In this document: in pieces, positions 26,200-39,182 of the stretch
Layout of the letters: the number at the start of each line of letters is the position of its first letter
Numbering within the stretch: position 1 is the first letter of the stretch
Assembly (NCBI RefSeq): GCF_001194135.2
Contig: NC_069002.1
Coordinates: 35,070,520-35,134,519 of the forward strand
From: Octopus bimaculoides
Lineage: Eukaryota
Length of the DNA stretch: 64,000 nt
Direction: 5' to 3'
Position numbers and translations under genes: made by a program
Notes under the pieces: model-generated
What the model was told of the DNA's origin: nothing
Seen by the model: the letters and a program-made list of their open reading frames with translations, nothing else
The model's database searches: none

Positions 26200-26500
26200 G
26201 CTTATTACCGGCGGCAGTCGGAAGCAGAATTAGATACCGACACTATGATCCGGAGCTTATTAAATATGGATATACTATCGAAAAACGAAAAGTGACTTCA
26301 CTATTTCACTCGACGAAGCAGCTCAAGAAGAAGTATTGTGCTAAAAGTCAAAGACGAATAACTGTCAGACGAAAAGGGTTCCGTAGCGATGGTAAAATTC
26401 GCTTACCAATGACAAAATGTGAAAAAAACACGGAAGCCGTGCTAAACATTTCCTTCACCACTGCGAGTGCTCTCCGTTTGCTGCTGGTTCATTTCTCTTC
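26200..26500 (+). pseudogene. Possible hAT transposase N-terminal remnant
   Basis: An open frame of about 110 codons. RHYDPELIKYGYTI resembles RKYD.SYLKYGFT, and EKNTEAVLNISF resembles NEKALEASY of Charlie-like transposases. Confidence 0.3.
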
Positions 26501-26813
26501 TTTTTAGCACGATATATCGGGATACACACACACACGCACACACACACGTGTGCGCGTGCGCGTGTACCTTTCTGTGTTTGTATGCTTGTATGCTGTATTC
26601 TTGTGCGCGTGTGTATGTATGTATAAGTATATATACAAATGAATAGATGCTTATTTCTAACAGTACTTATATGTTCATAAATGTATGTATTTATATATAT
26701 GTATGTGTGTGTGTGTGTGTGTTGCTCCCGCATGACCGCAGTTAGATGACTGAAACATGTAAAGGAATAAAAGAATGCACATGGATACATATTTATATAT
26801 AACAGTGTATATA

Positions 26814-26860
<47 letters not shown>

Positions 26861-28599
26861 NNNNNNNNNNNNNNNNNNNNNNNNNNNNNNNNNNNNNNNN
26901 NNNNNNNNNNNNNNNNNNNNNNNNNNNNNNNNNNNNNNNNNNNNNNNNNNNNNNNNNNNNNNNNNNNNNNNNNNNNNNNNNNNNNNNNNNNNNNNNNNNN
27001 NNNNNNNNNNNNNNNNNNNNNNNNNNNNNNNNNNNNNNNNNNNNNNNNNNNNNNNNNNNNNNNNNNNNNNNNNNNNNNNNNNNNNNNNNNNNNNNNNNNN
27101 NNNNNNNNNNNNNNNNNNNNNNNNNNNNNNNNNNNNNNNNNNNNNNNNNNNNNNNNNNNNNNNNNNNNNNNNNNNNNNNNNNNNNNNNNNNNNNNNNNNN
27201 NNNNNNNNNNNNNNNNNNNNNNNNNNNNNNNNNNNNNNNNNNNNNNNNNNNNNNNNNNNNNNNNNNNNNNNNNCATTATATAAATAAAGCTTACCTATGT
27301 GTCTCCTAAATAGTATCATTATCTTATCGTCAGCTAATAATTTTTTTAAAGATAATTCCAAATAGTGTTCATGATCACTATATACTTAATATCCTTAAAT
27401 TTTACACCCTATCCAGAGCCCCTGAATTCAATATTGACATTATTTCATGATTTTTGTGGAAGATAATTACATCTCATTTTTATTTATTTTATTAACATAC
27501 CTCTTACTGTGTAAACATTAGTTAGAGTTCTGTTGTTGTCTGTACCACTATACTGTTACTCTATTCAGACTAAAAGTTAAAAAAAAACCTATTTGACCCA
27601 TATACCTAGGGCTATAATTCCTCAACATTAATTCCTCAACATTTTGATAGTAATAACATGACCTGATATATATATATATATATATATGTATGCCTACACA
27701 CAATTTATACGACCAACCGTCCATAAAAACACACATATTTCATATACATGGCTTCAAACTCGCATGCATGCATATAACCTGTGAGGCCTAATCGACGTCC
27801 ATTAAGTAAGTATCGGTCTACCAACCATAATATACACCGACAAATTTTAATCATTTATTATACAAATACAATTTTTGTTTTAACAGGATCAGTAACATGA
27901 ACGAATAGCACAACAACGCCATCACCATAACGCCAACGACAAAATCAAATACATGAATACAAACATGTTTTGTATTGTAACTTTTCTACATTAATCTTAT
28001 CAGATGAGAATTATTTTTCCAATTCTTACGAACTACCATGACTACGTGTCATTAGAATATACTGACAGATAAACTTTACAAGTACATTACATTGTATGTC
28101 TGTTTTCCTTCGAAGTATAAGCGAAGAATACCGCACGGTACGGTATGCATGAAAGATAACTATTTTATAATTAGTATTATGTATTACACTGGCTGCATGT
28201 TTACTGCCGTTAATTTTAAATAAGTGTAGAAGGAAAAAAAAGATATATAGACAAACAGACAGACAAATTGATTGATAGATTAATTTCTATGTATGATATT
28301 TCTCGTTTAAAGAATTTATGCACATTCTCTCAAAGATTATAAATTATATTTGTATGTTTTTGTATGAATATATACATTAAAAGTAAAATGAACGTGTAAT
28401 TTGTGTATTACTTCTACAATTTTTCGTAGCTTTTTCACTTCGAAAAGGCATGCGTTATCTAACATTATTTTGTATTTTCGGAAAGAGCTGCTTCTTCAGT
28501 TAATAAACGTTGGAATAATGTTTAGGTGATGTGCTCCCAAATATTTCGCTACATACAAAGCTACATGCCCTATTGGTTAGGATGTTTCTCTCAAAAATG

Positions 28600-28697
28600 C
28601 ATTTTCGATGCCGGTATAATTTGAACTCAGTACGTAGCAGCAGACGAAATACCGCTAAGCATTGCGCCCGGTATGCTAACGATTTTTCCGCCTTACG
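28600..28697 (-). mobile_element. SINE family A head fragment
   Basis: AATTTGAACTCAG...GCAGACGAAATACCGCTAAGCATTGCGCCCGG...CCGCCTTA. Confidence 0.8.
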
Positions 28698-28774
28698 TAC
28701 TATTACTACTACTACTAGTACTACTACTACTAGTACTACTACTACTACTAATAATAATAATAATAATAATAGCC

Positions 28775-29295
28775 ACTGGATTATGATCATAACTGATTGG
28801 CAATGACATCACGTACGTATATTGTCTTGGCGTTAAAGAAAGGCTACAGCAATTATTCTGCTGAAAACCAGAGATTTGCATGTCATTTGTTTGACCTTAA
28901 CCAGTTGAGCATATCCCTTTGTGGTTGACGATATGTGCATCCCTGATCACGAGCATAATTAGTGGGGGAGCATTATAGGCGTGTGTTGAGAGGTATTCTT
29001 TGGGGTTTGAATGATTCAATTCTGGAGACAGGGGTGTTTCCTTCAACATCCTTAAACAACCTTTATTCAAGGACCATTTGAGCGGGATGTGTTACTCCAC
29101 CTGAATAAAATTCTCACAGAGCACCACCTTCGAGTTCATGCCTTATCTTGATATCGCATAACCATATTGCGCACATATGGTTGTGATGCATGTAGCAGTT
29201 GTAGCTATATCAGACAGGTAGTCATGGTGGTAATATTGGGCATCGTATATTTTACCCAGTGTCACTTTTATAGCATGCACTGATCTCTCACTCAG
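28775..29295. mobile_element. Interspersed repeat family D
   Basis: Homologous to 1595-2150 in the same orientation. Preceded by (ACT)n(AAT)n. Confidence 0.75.
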
Positions 29296-29299
29296 TAAT

Positions 29300-29520
29300 G
29301 GTTTCAAAGTTTGCCACAAGAGCAGCAAATTTAGGCGGGGGAGCGGAATAAGTTGATCACATTGATCCCAGTGTTTCACTGGTACTTAATCTACCGACCC
29401 GAATAGGAAGAAATGTAGAGCCGACCTCGGCAGAATTTGAACACAAAATATAGCTACGGGCGAAATACTGCTATGCGTTTGATCCGGCGCTTTAACAATT
29501 CTGCCAACTCACCGCTTTAA
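29300..29520 (-). mobile_element. SINE family A (short-tail variant)
   Basis: GGTTTCAAAGTTTGCCACAAG...CTGGTACTTAAT...GACCTCGGCAGAATTTGAAC...CTGCCAACTCACCGC. Followed by (AAT)n. Confidence 0.8.
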
Positions 29521-29528
29521 GTAATAAT

Positions 29529-29559
<31 letters not shown>

Positions 29560-30001
29560 GTAATAATATCAAAACCAACAACAAGAATGAAAATCTAGAG
29601 CAAAAACAATAAAAACCTGTGACTGTTTGTCATTTATGGGGAGATAACGCCATTTTATGTTCCCCAGTTAATTATGCTTTCACATTCTCGCCAAATTTAT
29701 ATAAATTTACTGGAATGAACCTTTATTCTACATATACGCTAATGTTTCTCCCTTTCTCATCAATATAACCCTTCCTTTTTCAGTCACTCTCTTTCTATCT
29801 ATCTCTCCTCCCCATACATATAGCAGGATATGCGTGGGTGTATATGCCAAAGTGTCTCTGTGTGTATATATTACAGGGTATATTTGCCTATCTTGTTGGA
29901 TATCTGCGTATAAATATGTATATATACAACACAATGTTACGCATAAGATAATTTCTTGTGCCGGAGAGAAACAGATATGCCGAAACACACACACACACAC
30001 A

Positions 30002-30035
<34 letters not shown>

Positions 30036-31482
30036 NNNNNNNNNNNNNNNNNNNNNNNNNNNNNNNNNNNNNNNNNNNNNNNNNNNNNNNNNNNNNNNNN
30101 NNNNNNNNNNNNNNNNNNNNNNNNNNNNNNNNNNNNNNNNNNNNNNNNNNNNNNNNNNNNNNNNNNNNNNNNNNNNNNNNNNNNNNNNNNNNNNNNNNNN
30201 NNNNNNNNNNNNNNNNNNNNNNNNNNNNNNNNNNNNNNNNNNNNNNNNNNNNNNNNNNNNNNNNNNNNNNNNNNNNNNNNNNNNNCTTGTATATATATAT
30301 ATACACACACAAATGTGTTTTATTACATATATATATTCTAAAATGTAAGATCCCTTAGAGACTAAAATTTCCAGAATAAATAATCATGAAAAAAGAATTG
30401 AATCTCCAATGAGTCAAAGAATACTAGAATTCTATAACACACAAATGTCTGTGTGCGTGCATGTGAGTGTGTGTGTGTATGCATATATAGTCATATATAG
30501 CACACGATACTCTCACGAGAACACACTTGAAGAAGAATGCATATCCTCCTCAAGCACACGTACACACACATACACCCATTTGTGTGTCTGTGCGTGTATA
30601 TGTGTGTGTTTATGTAAAGAAGTATTTCTATCTAGAGAGAAATTTCGATGTACGACTGAGATTTTACCGAATAATTCAAATGTACGGATATAATATATTC
30701 CGTGGACGGATGGTATAATACAATGATTTGGATATTATCTACTTATCTATATAGACTTATATAATACATCTTAGCTTAAACTTTAGTGTAAGAAATGATT
30801 GACTTTAATGACTAAAGTAAGTATGTTTGCTTCAAGTTTACAAATAAGTGCTATCTTGTCACATTGCTGTCTGACAATCTTGTCAAGAGGTTCTGGAGTG
30901 TTAAAAAGTGTCTACAACATTACCATTGTAATAAATATATGTCACACATTATTTCTACTTTCGTACTGTTGATTTTATCAAAGATATTGTATGGCCAGTG
31001 TTGTAGTAGTAGAAGTAGTAGGATGAGGACGAGGTGGAGGGGAAGTGTTGCAGAATTAGAAACATAAGGTTGACGTGGAACAAGAGGAGAAAGAGGAGTA
31101 AATTTCCATCCTGTCCGTGTCATAGACTTTAAGAAATTTTTTTAGATGTACAGAGATGTATAAATGGCGAAAGCAGCTGCAGTAGTAGTGGTGGTAGTAG
31201 TCGTGCTTGTTCATGTTGTTGTGATGCCTGTTATTGTGATGGTGATGTTGGTGGTGGTGTGTCGTTGAGCTTTAAAAATAATCATCGTGATCGTGTTGTT
31301 GAAATCAGATTTTGCTCATTTGTATACATCCACCTTTTTTCATCTGTTACCTGTTTCATGTATTGGACTGCTGAGATTCTGGGACAAATTGAGCCATCTT
31401 ATGCTGATTAGTAGCGAGAACCTAACGGAGAGACTAGTAATAAAATTACACACACTCTTTTATATATGACGGGGTTCTTTAG

Positions 31483-31568
31483 GTTTATAAATTATCTCAC
31501 GAGCCTTTACACATCTTGGAGTTAGAAGAAGCTTGTTTAAAATGCCTTGAACTGGGATTGACCGGATG
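31483..31568 (+). CDS. Candidate coding exon (unverified)
   Basis: GTTCTTTAG acceptor and ATG|GTAAGA donor. Only phase 0 is open: VYKLSHEPLHILELEEACLKCLELGLTG, phase 2 out. Phase-compatible with reading 1 of 24213-24333. Confidence 0.25.
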
Positions 31569-32190
31569 GTAAGAAATAATCTTAACGGCACAGCCACACC
31601 TGCCTCTATACGTATATAATTTTTTTCATCGAAGAATCGCCAAAGTTCTTTAGAGGGTTACTTGACTAACTAGAAATTATAGCACACGTTTCATAACAAA
31701 CCGTCTTTGAAAAGGATGGCTACATTAGATAATGTAGATCAAGTGAAACTATTAAGTGAAATATACGAAGACGTTTTCTATAGCGCTTGAATTCCTCTAA
31801 ATATAGACATTAATGAACATATAGAAAAATGGTAATTGTATTCTTTTGTTCCCATGTACCCACAAACCTTGTTTGATGGCCCATACAAATAGACAAATGC
31901 CTCGATGATAATATGTTGCCTCAAGGCCCGACTTTGCAGCAAATTGTCTGGCATACTTGCTGACCTCTGGTTGGGCGATATTCGTCTCCTTCGAATACAT
32001 ACATACATATATTCTCCGAATCAAATCCATCAGTTGCACAGTGAAGATTTTTAAGGCATTCCCCAATTTTCTTTTCATCTGGCTAAGCTTTAAAGGGCGC
32101 ATTTATTTTTATTATTACAGTGTTGTTCATCCCTTGTTCAGGTCCTTGAAAGCACTACTATGTGCTTTGCGTTTCATATATTTATTTATA

Positions 32191-32235
<45 letters not shown>

Positions 32236-33730
32236 TACATAATCAGCTAAAGAAATGGGGACACATCCGCCCTATGCTTTCTTCTGGTTGGTTTCGAAAC
32301 CATCACTGGCTGCAGTAGATATATGTATCTGAAATCCTAAAACATTTGTTCATCGATGACTCTAGCTTACGATCAGAATATCGATGCGAAAAGAGAAAGT
32401 ATTACGTAAAAGAATAAAGACTTCAAGACAGAGTAGGGTAATGGAAAGCTGGAAACAAAGAGGGAAAGATAGGAAACGATGCGGGTAGGAAATAACAAGA
32501 AAAAATGCTAGAATAAACAAAAAATTATAGTCATAAATAGATTGAGAAAGAGAACCACTGAAAAGGGGAAGGGATAAGGGAGGACAAAACTACGAGAAAT
32601 ATATATGGAGGAAAGTAGAGAAAACACAAACAGCATTGGAGGGAGTCTTGTTATGAGAGAGATATAGAGAGGGAAGAAGAAGTAGAGGAGCAAAGTAATA
32701 ATAGTGAGAAAGATGGACAGACGCAAATACAGAAAGGAAGAAAAAGAAAAGAAAGGTAATGTGCTTGGAATAAAGTGAATCTGAGAGTAAAGGTTAAAAG
32801 AGAGTGGGGGTAGGGATGGGGATGGTGGTGAGGAAATGCTGGAAAAACACATAAAATAGTGTCCTCACACGAAATTGAAGTCAACCTTAAATTTCTAATT
32901 TTCTTTGATGTCGATGCCGAACCAGACGTCGAGTGTTAAAACCAAAATCAGAACCAATACTGCAGAAAAATAATACATATAAAGAAAAAAAAAATATTGA
33001 GAAATATATAAAAAAAAAATCATATAAAAAAAGAGAAAATTAGAAAAATATATATATACAAAAATAATAATATTAATCATCATAATAAAAACTAGCAAAA
33101 ATTGTAAGCCGCAATTAATTTCCTAATCTAATCTAAAGACTAATGAAATTCCAATATCTTTTGAAAACAAAAAGGTAAAGAGGAAGAAAGTAAAGATGTA
33201 TGAATAAATAAAGAAAGAAAAGAGAAAAAAGAACTAACAACTCTGTTAACAAACTTGATGACGGTTTTTGAGTAATTAATAGAGAGAAGACTTGTTTAAC
33301 AACTAACAGACACATTAAGGAGAGACTTAGGATCGATCTACAGCGTAACAGTTTATAGCTATAAATGTTTAAACGGGCAAATTTGGAAGTTTTAATTTTT
33401 ATTTTATTTTTTGAATTTATGATTGTTTTCTTATTTGAAAGTGGGGGTCATTTCGGAAACTTTTTTTTCAAAAAATCAGTGGTAAAAGAAACGGAGCGGT
33501 TGGTGTGGTGGGTGGGTTCTTTGTGTACGTTTTGTTTGGGATTTTTGGGGGAGTCTTTTTTTTTTTTTCGTATTTTTAAGTATTAGCGATTTTTCTCATT
33601 TGTTTCTGAAGATCTGCTTGTTTAAAGATTTTATGTTGATTTTTTGTTCTTATTCTTTTTACGGATATTTTGTTTAAAAGAGTCGTGGAAGTGAATCATG
33701 TTTTTCATAAAAAAAAAATGCTTTATAACT

Positions 33731-33925
33731 TAAGCACACGGCTACAAATTCGGAGGGCAAGGGGTTAGTCGATTAAATAGGCTTTCAATATTTGGCTATT
33801 CGCTATTTTTATCGTCCCTTCCGGAAAGATGAAAACCTAAATTGACCTAGTTGTGATTTGAACTCATAAAGTAAAGAACCGTAACGAATTACTGCAAGGT
33901 ATTTTCCAGATGATGTAACATCTTA
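33731..33925 (-). mobile_element. Highly decayed SINE family A
   Basis: GGGGTTAGTCGATTAAAT...TTTTATCG...GAAAGATGAAA...ATTTGAACTCA. Confidence 0.55.
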
Positions 33926-34140
33926 TATGCAACACAAACCCATTTCGAGACACGAAATTCATAGAAGGAAGGACACGAATACATATATTACATAATATTT
34001 TTACCACTAGTTCAGTTTAGATAAAAAAAATGCCGAAACTATAAATTTGTAGAGACATGTCCAGTGAACATTGTGATAAGTCAAATGACGTTCATATTTA
34101 AACCCCTTTAATAATGTACCTACCTACCTACTACCTGACA

Positions 34141-34440
34141 CGTCGTCGAGGGTTCCAGTTGATCCGATCAACAGAACAGCTTGCTCGTCAAATTAACGTG
34201 CTAGTGGCTGAGCACTCCTCAGACACGTGTACCCTTAACGTAGTTCTCGGGGATATTCAGCGTGATACAGTGTGACAAGGCTGACCCTTTGTATGACAGG
34301 TACTTCTCATTTTTATCAGTAGAGTGAACAGTAGCAACGTGAAATAATGCCTTGCTCAAGGATACAACATGTCACTGAGAATAGAACTCATGGCCCTAAC
34401 ATCATGAGCTAAATACCGCTAACCATTAAGCTACGCACGT
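34141..34440 (-). mobile_element. SINE with tail X and CORE-like body
   Basis: 34141-34290 is nearly identical to the family B tail. The remainder (GCAACGTGAAATAATGCCTTGCTCAAGGATACAAC...) is a different body resembling the CORE/V-type CCTTGAGCAAGGCA motif. Confidence 0.75.
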
Positions 34441-35059
34441 TCACTAGCCACCCATTTTCACTACACCGGTAAGGCCTATTTTGAAACTGAATGACATAGA
34501 CTAACACGCGCCCCATCATGTTGATCATGCGCTTTTCAACGGGCACCTAGCTAATTAGTAATATTGGGTAATATTTGGCTTCAAAAGACAAAAATGTGAA
34601 AAATAATAAAGATACAGAATGTTATGTGGTTCAAAAATTTCCTGAATTTATATCTGAAAATGTAAAGGAAAAATCCAAATTCATAAAAAAAAAAATAAAT
34701 GATTGAGAACAGAATTTGATCGTATTCATTATCTCACAATATTTTATGTTCTTAATTAATGTTGTCCGATGAAGCAATACTTACCATAGCGTTGGTATTT
34801 ATTTATTTATTTGTTTCAAGATGTGTAATGACCGAACATAAACACGTCACGACCAGTGGTCACAAGAGTAGATTTTAAACTTTATTAATCAGTATTAATG
34901 ACACGATCATAATTTTTTTCGGACTGCTAACTTCCTTTACATATTAAACATCCTTCTCGGTTCCAACTATTTCTAACTTACAATGCGTTTTGTTGGGTTT
35001 GATTTCTACTAGAAACAACAATTCTTAATCCGGAATATGAATACATTTCGTTATTGGGT

Positions 35060-35435
35060 TGTTCGATCTTAACCCATGAGCATGCCTCTTAGTGGTTGAC
35101 GATATGTGCATCTTTGATCACGAGCAGAAATAGTAGGAAGAACATTATAGCTATGTCATGAGAGGAATTATTTGTGGTTTCAATAACCCACATCAGGAAA
35201 TATGAGTTTCATTCATCATCCTTGAACAAATCTTATTCAGGGACCTTTTTTAAATGGGAGGGCTACTCGACCTGCAGTAAATTCTAACTGGTCCCCACCT
35301 GGAACGTCATGCGCTGTTTATCTTGATATGAGTTCACCATGTTGCGTACATATGGTTGTGATGCATGCGACTGATGAACTCTTATCGAACAGGTAGTTAT
35401 GATGTTTATATTGGGCTTCGTATATTTATACCCCA
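35060..35435. mobile_element. Interspersed repeat family D (partial)
   Basis: Homologous to the other two D copies. Directly followed by a family A head (TAAGGCGGCGAGCTGGCAGAAACGTTAG, 35437-35465). Confidence 0.75.
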
Positions 35436-36464
35436 GTAAGGCGGCGAGCTGGCAGAAACGTTAGAACTCGCCCTCCAGATATGCTGAATACCGGACATTA
35501 TGTTCTTCAGTGCCCCTTCCACGTGTGCCTGACTAGCCATTTATACATAACTGTTTTCTTGTATTGTTTCTACTAAAACCTCGGGGTGGAGAGAAGGCAA
35601 TATTTGCTCGCGCTTTTTCCAACCTTATCAATTTAGTTGCCTCGGATACTCAAATATCTTTCTGAATCACGTACATTTAAAAAATTTCGTTGCTGCAAAT
35701 ATATTGTCCTGGTTATTGTTGTAAACTCTACTGTTTTCGTTGTTGTGGTGGTGGTGGTGGTGGCCAAGCAGGTCGTAGCACTGTTCATCGGTTTACTACT
35801 GTTGCTAACTGCTCTGTTTGGCAATGGTATAGTGCAATTGATTGCGAGGAATTCAACTTCGTAATTAGAATTATGTCCTGGCACTGTGATATCGCTGAAT
35901 CTGCTGCTACTGTTTGTCTTAGTAACAATTTGAACAATGGATCAGATGGTTGCTCTCCTCTCCTGCTTGTGAGTAGAAGACGGGTGGCATTAAAGACTAT
36001 TGTACTTCTCTATCTGACTTACCTTTTACTTATTCTTCCATGTATTGCAACAAGGCTGGCTTCATCATGGGTGTTTTAAATTTAATTTTTCGATGTAAAA
36101 TGATTTTTCTTCGGATTGGAGCTCCGAAGGGGTACCAGCAACCTATTCTAAGGTGATGGTTTTGACAAGCGTTGTACAACAAGATAAGCAACGAACAACG
36201 TTTGGGGACATATTTAAGAGCGAAACACTTACGAGCTAACAGAAGCACGCATTGTGTCAGAACGAATAATAATCCTATCTATCAAGTGCACAAGGCCTAA
36301 CATTCACAGGAATATGTTCGTGATTTTTCCTGTTTTATCTAAACTTCAGCAAATAAATTGATTACAATTTATCTATTTTATATCTGATAAATATGTAGGA
36401 AAATAATACGATACTTTTTTTATTCTGTTTAGAATGGCAACAGTATTGTCTGAATTTAATTCGG

Positions 36465-36668
36465 GGGTCCAATGGACCCAAACGGTAATTAATGTATAAA
36501 GTGAAAATTTCTAGCTTTTATAAACATGCGGAAAAGTTCTCATTTGACAAATAGTCAACAAAAAATAAGGGTCACGAGAAATCAGAATTACATGACATAA
36601 AGAGTAGGGAAAAGCAACTGAAAAACTGAAATGGGTCCATTGGACCCACTGCTAGAAGGAAGGTAAAA
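36465..36668. mobile_element. Paired near-palindromic motifs, possible piggyBac-like non-autonomous element end
   Basis: GGGTCCAATGGACCC (36465-36479) and its exact reverse complement GGGTCCATTGGACCC (36633-36647), then ...AGAAGGAAGGTAAA. Confidence 0.35.
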
Positions 36669-37140
36669 GAAACATCGCAAAATATTCAGGTGACCTCCTT
36701 ATCGATGAGGTATACGATATCTGCATGTGTAGCGGCAGCAACGCCCCAAATTGCGAGAAGTGTCTTCTATTGAGAATATTACACGTGTTTTTCTTTATTG
36801 AGAACCATTCATTGATTGGAATAAATGTGATAACACTTCCATTTAAAACACTGAACAAAGTGCCAGGCAATTGATTCTGTTGTAGCAACACCTGTGTTAA
36901 TTATATATTTATTCTGTATTATTATCTTGTGTGATTCAAACACTCTATGGTTGGTCAATATCTCTTGTAGCATTTAGCCATCTCTTCTAATATCCTGATC
37001 TCAGTTTACCGGAATTTGGCGAATTAGTAAAACAGGAAGGACTCGGCTACTGAACGATTGAACCATCTGCTATCACACCGAAATTGGAACGAACTTATTT
37101 CAAAATTAAAAATTATTAGTATTATCCCTAGTGGTTAACA

Positions 37141-37760
37141 CGAACGCAGCTGGCGGAAAGGTTAGCACTCCGGGTGAAATGCTTAGCGGTGTTCCGTCTG
37201 TTTTTATTTTCTGAGTTCGAATTCCGCCGACGTAGACTTTGCTTTTCATCCTTTCGGGGTAGATAAATTAAGTACCAGTTGCGTACTGGGATCGATCTAA
37301 TCGACTGGCCCCCTCCCGTCCAAAGTTCGGACCTTGTGGCAAGAGTAGAAGAGAATAATTTGCTGCATGTCTTCCGTTTTCACGTTTTGAGTTCAAATTT
37401 CGCCGAGGTCGACTTTCCTATTCATCATTCGAAGTCGATAGTATGATTACCAATCGAATTACTGAGCTTGATGTAACTGGCTAGCCAACTACAATCCCTT
37501 CAAATTTAAGAGCATAGTGCGAAAACTAGAAACAACATCAGATGACAGAAGACGGTGATGATCTGACAAGATCCTTAGCAGCACGCCGGACAAAATGCTT
37601 AACAGTATTTCGTCCGTGTTTATGTTGTGAGTTCAAATTTCGCCAAGGTCGACGTTACCTTTCATCCTTTCGGGGTTGATAAAACGAGCATGGGGCTTCA
37701 TATAACTAACTTATCCACCCTACTAAATTTCGAACCTTGTCCTAAGATTTGGAACCAATA
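37141..37760 (+). mobile_element. Three consecutive SINE family A copies (~37141-37350, 37370-37530, 37565-37760)
   Basis: Each has GAGTTCRAATT...GTCGAC/GTAGAC...TTCATC and a variable tail. Confidence 0.8.
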
Positions 37761-38100
37761 TTATGTGATAGGAGTAGTGGAGTCCTAAAACTAAAATACT
37801 TCGTCGTTTATCTTCATAGTTTAATGACTAAAATATTGGCAACAACTGTCTGAATTTTTAATTTACGTCTGTTCGGAGACCGATAAAGTAAGTATTGATC
37901 AAGTAAACGGAGTATGTCAAAATATATCAATCAACTGAACTTTGCACGAAACTTTGGAGCATTAAACCGATTTCAGAAATAATTACATTTTATTATAACT
38001 CGTTGAAGGTGAAGGATTAGCCTAATTGCTGCAGTGTTTATTTATAAAATATGTACTTACATATATTGCTTTCATCCTTTCCAGTATCGCTAAATATATT

Positions 38101-38498
38101 CTTGACTACTCTAGGTACAAGAGCTGAAATTTTTGTGCAGGAGGACAGTCGATTAGATTGAATCCAGTACGCAACCGGTACCTTATTGATTGACCCCGAA
38201 AGGATGAAAGGCAAAGTCGACCTCGGTGAAATTTGAAGTCAGAACGTTACGGTAGACGAAATACCTATTTCTTTACTGCCCACAAGGGGCTGCACACAGA
38301 GGGGACAAACAAGGACAGACAAACGGATTAAGTCGATTATATCGACCCCAGTGCGTAACTGGTACTTAATTTATCGACTCCGAAAGAATGAAAGGCAAAG
38401 TCGACCTCGGTGAAATTTGAACTCAGAACGCAGTGGCAGACGAAATACCGCCAAGCATTTCGCCCGGCGCTCTACCGATTCTGCAAGCTGGCCACTTT
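38101..38498 (-). mobile_element. Nested or dimeric SINE family A with 18-bp target-site duplication
   Basis: AGTATCGCTAAATATATT at 38083-38100 and 38499-38516. An internal 184-bp long-tail unit (38266-38449) is bounded by GACGAAATACC. Confidence 0.9.
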
Positions 38499-39182
38499 AG
38501 TATCGCTAAATATATTACGAAAATTCCAGGCCTTGTATTTGTAGTAGACATAATTGTTGTTACTGCTGTTGCTGTCATTGCTATTTGCTGAAGGTTAATC
38601 TGGACCCAGTCTACTGTATTGTAAGCAATGAGATGGCTGCATTTTGAGTAAAACACACGAAATGCTTTACACTTCTTATCCCGTCATTTTTGCGATCTGA
38701 ATTCAACTCTTGTACAGGAGAAATGTGAAGAAATTTCTCCTGGAGTCGACAAAGGTGGTTTAGAGTGGTTCAGTCTAGGAGCTCGTAAAGTGTCAAGTGA
38801 GATGCGTCGTGGCATTTATTCTGAATGTCTACGTCGTGAGTTCAAGCCCCACCGTAGCTTACTTGGACAATAAATTTCATCTGAAGCCAGATTTAATACT
38901 ACGACCTGGCCTAAGGGTGCTTTTAGCAGAGGTTCTTTTCTAATACTGAAACCACGTATAGAATGTTATTAATCCTAACATCCTCCAGACTAGCCGAGAA
39001 AATAATACCGTTCCTTCTACAAGCAATGTGTATCTGGGAATATATTATTTCTTCTCCCTATTCTCCCTTTAAAGTCAACCGTATTATAAAGAGTGAGGAG
39101 GATTTGACTATTATTTCTAGGGTGTTTATCGCCTCCTAGAATCAACACAACGTTAGTATTTCTGTATTATCATTATTACTGC

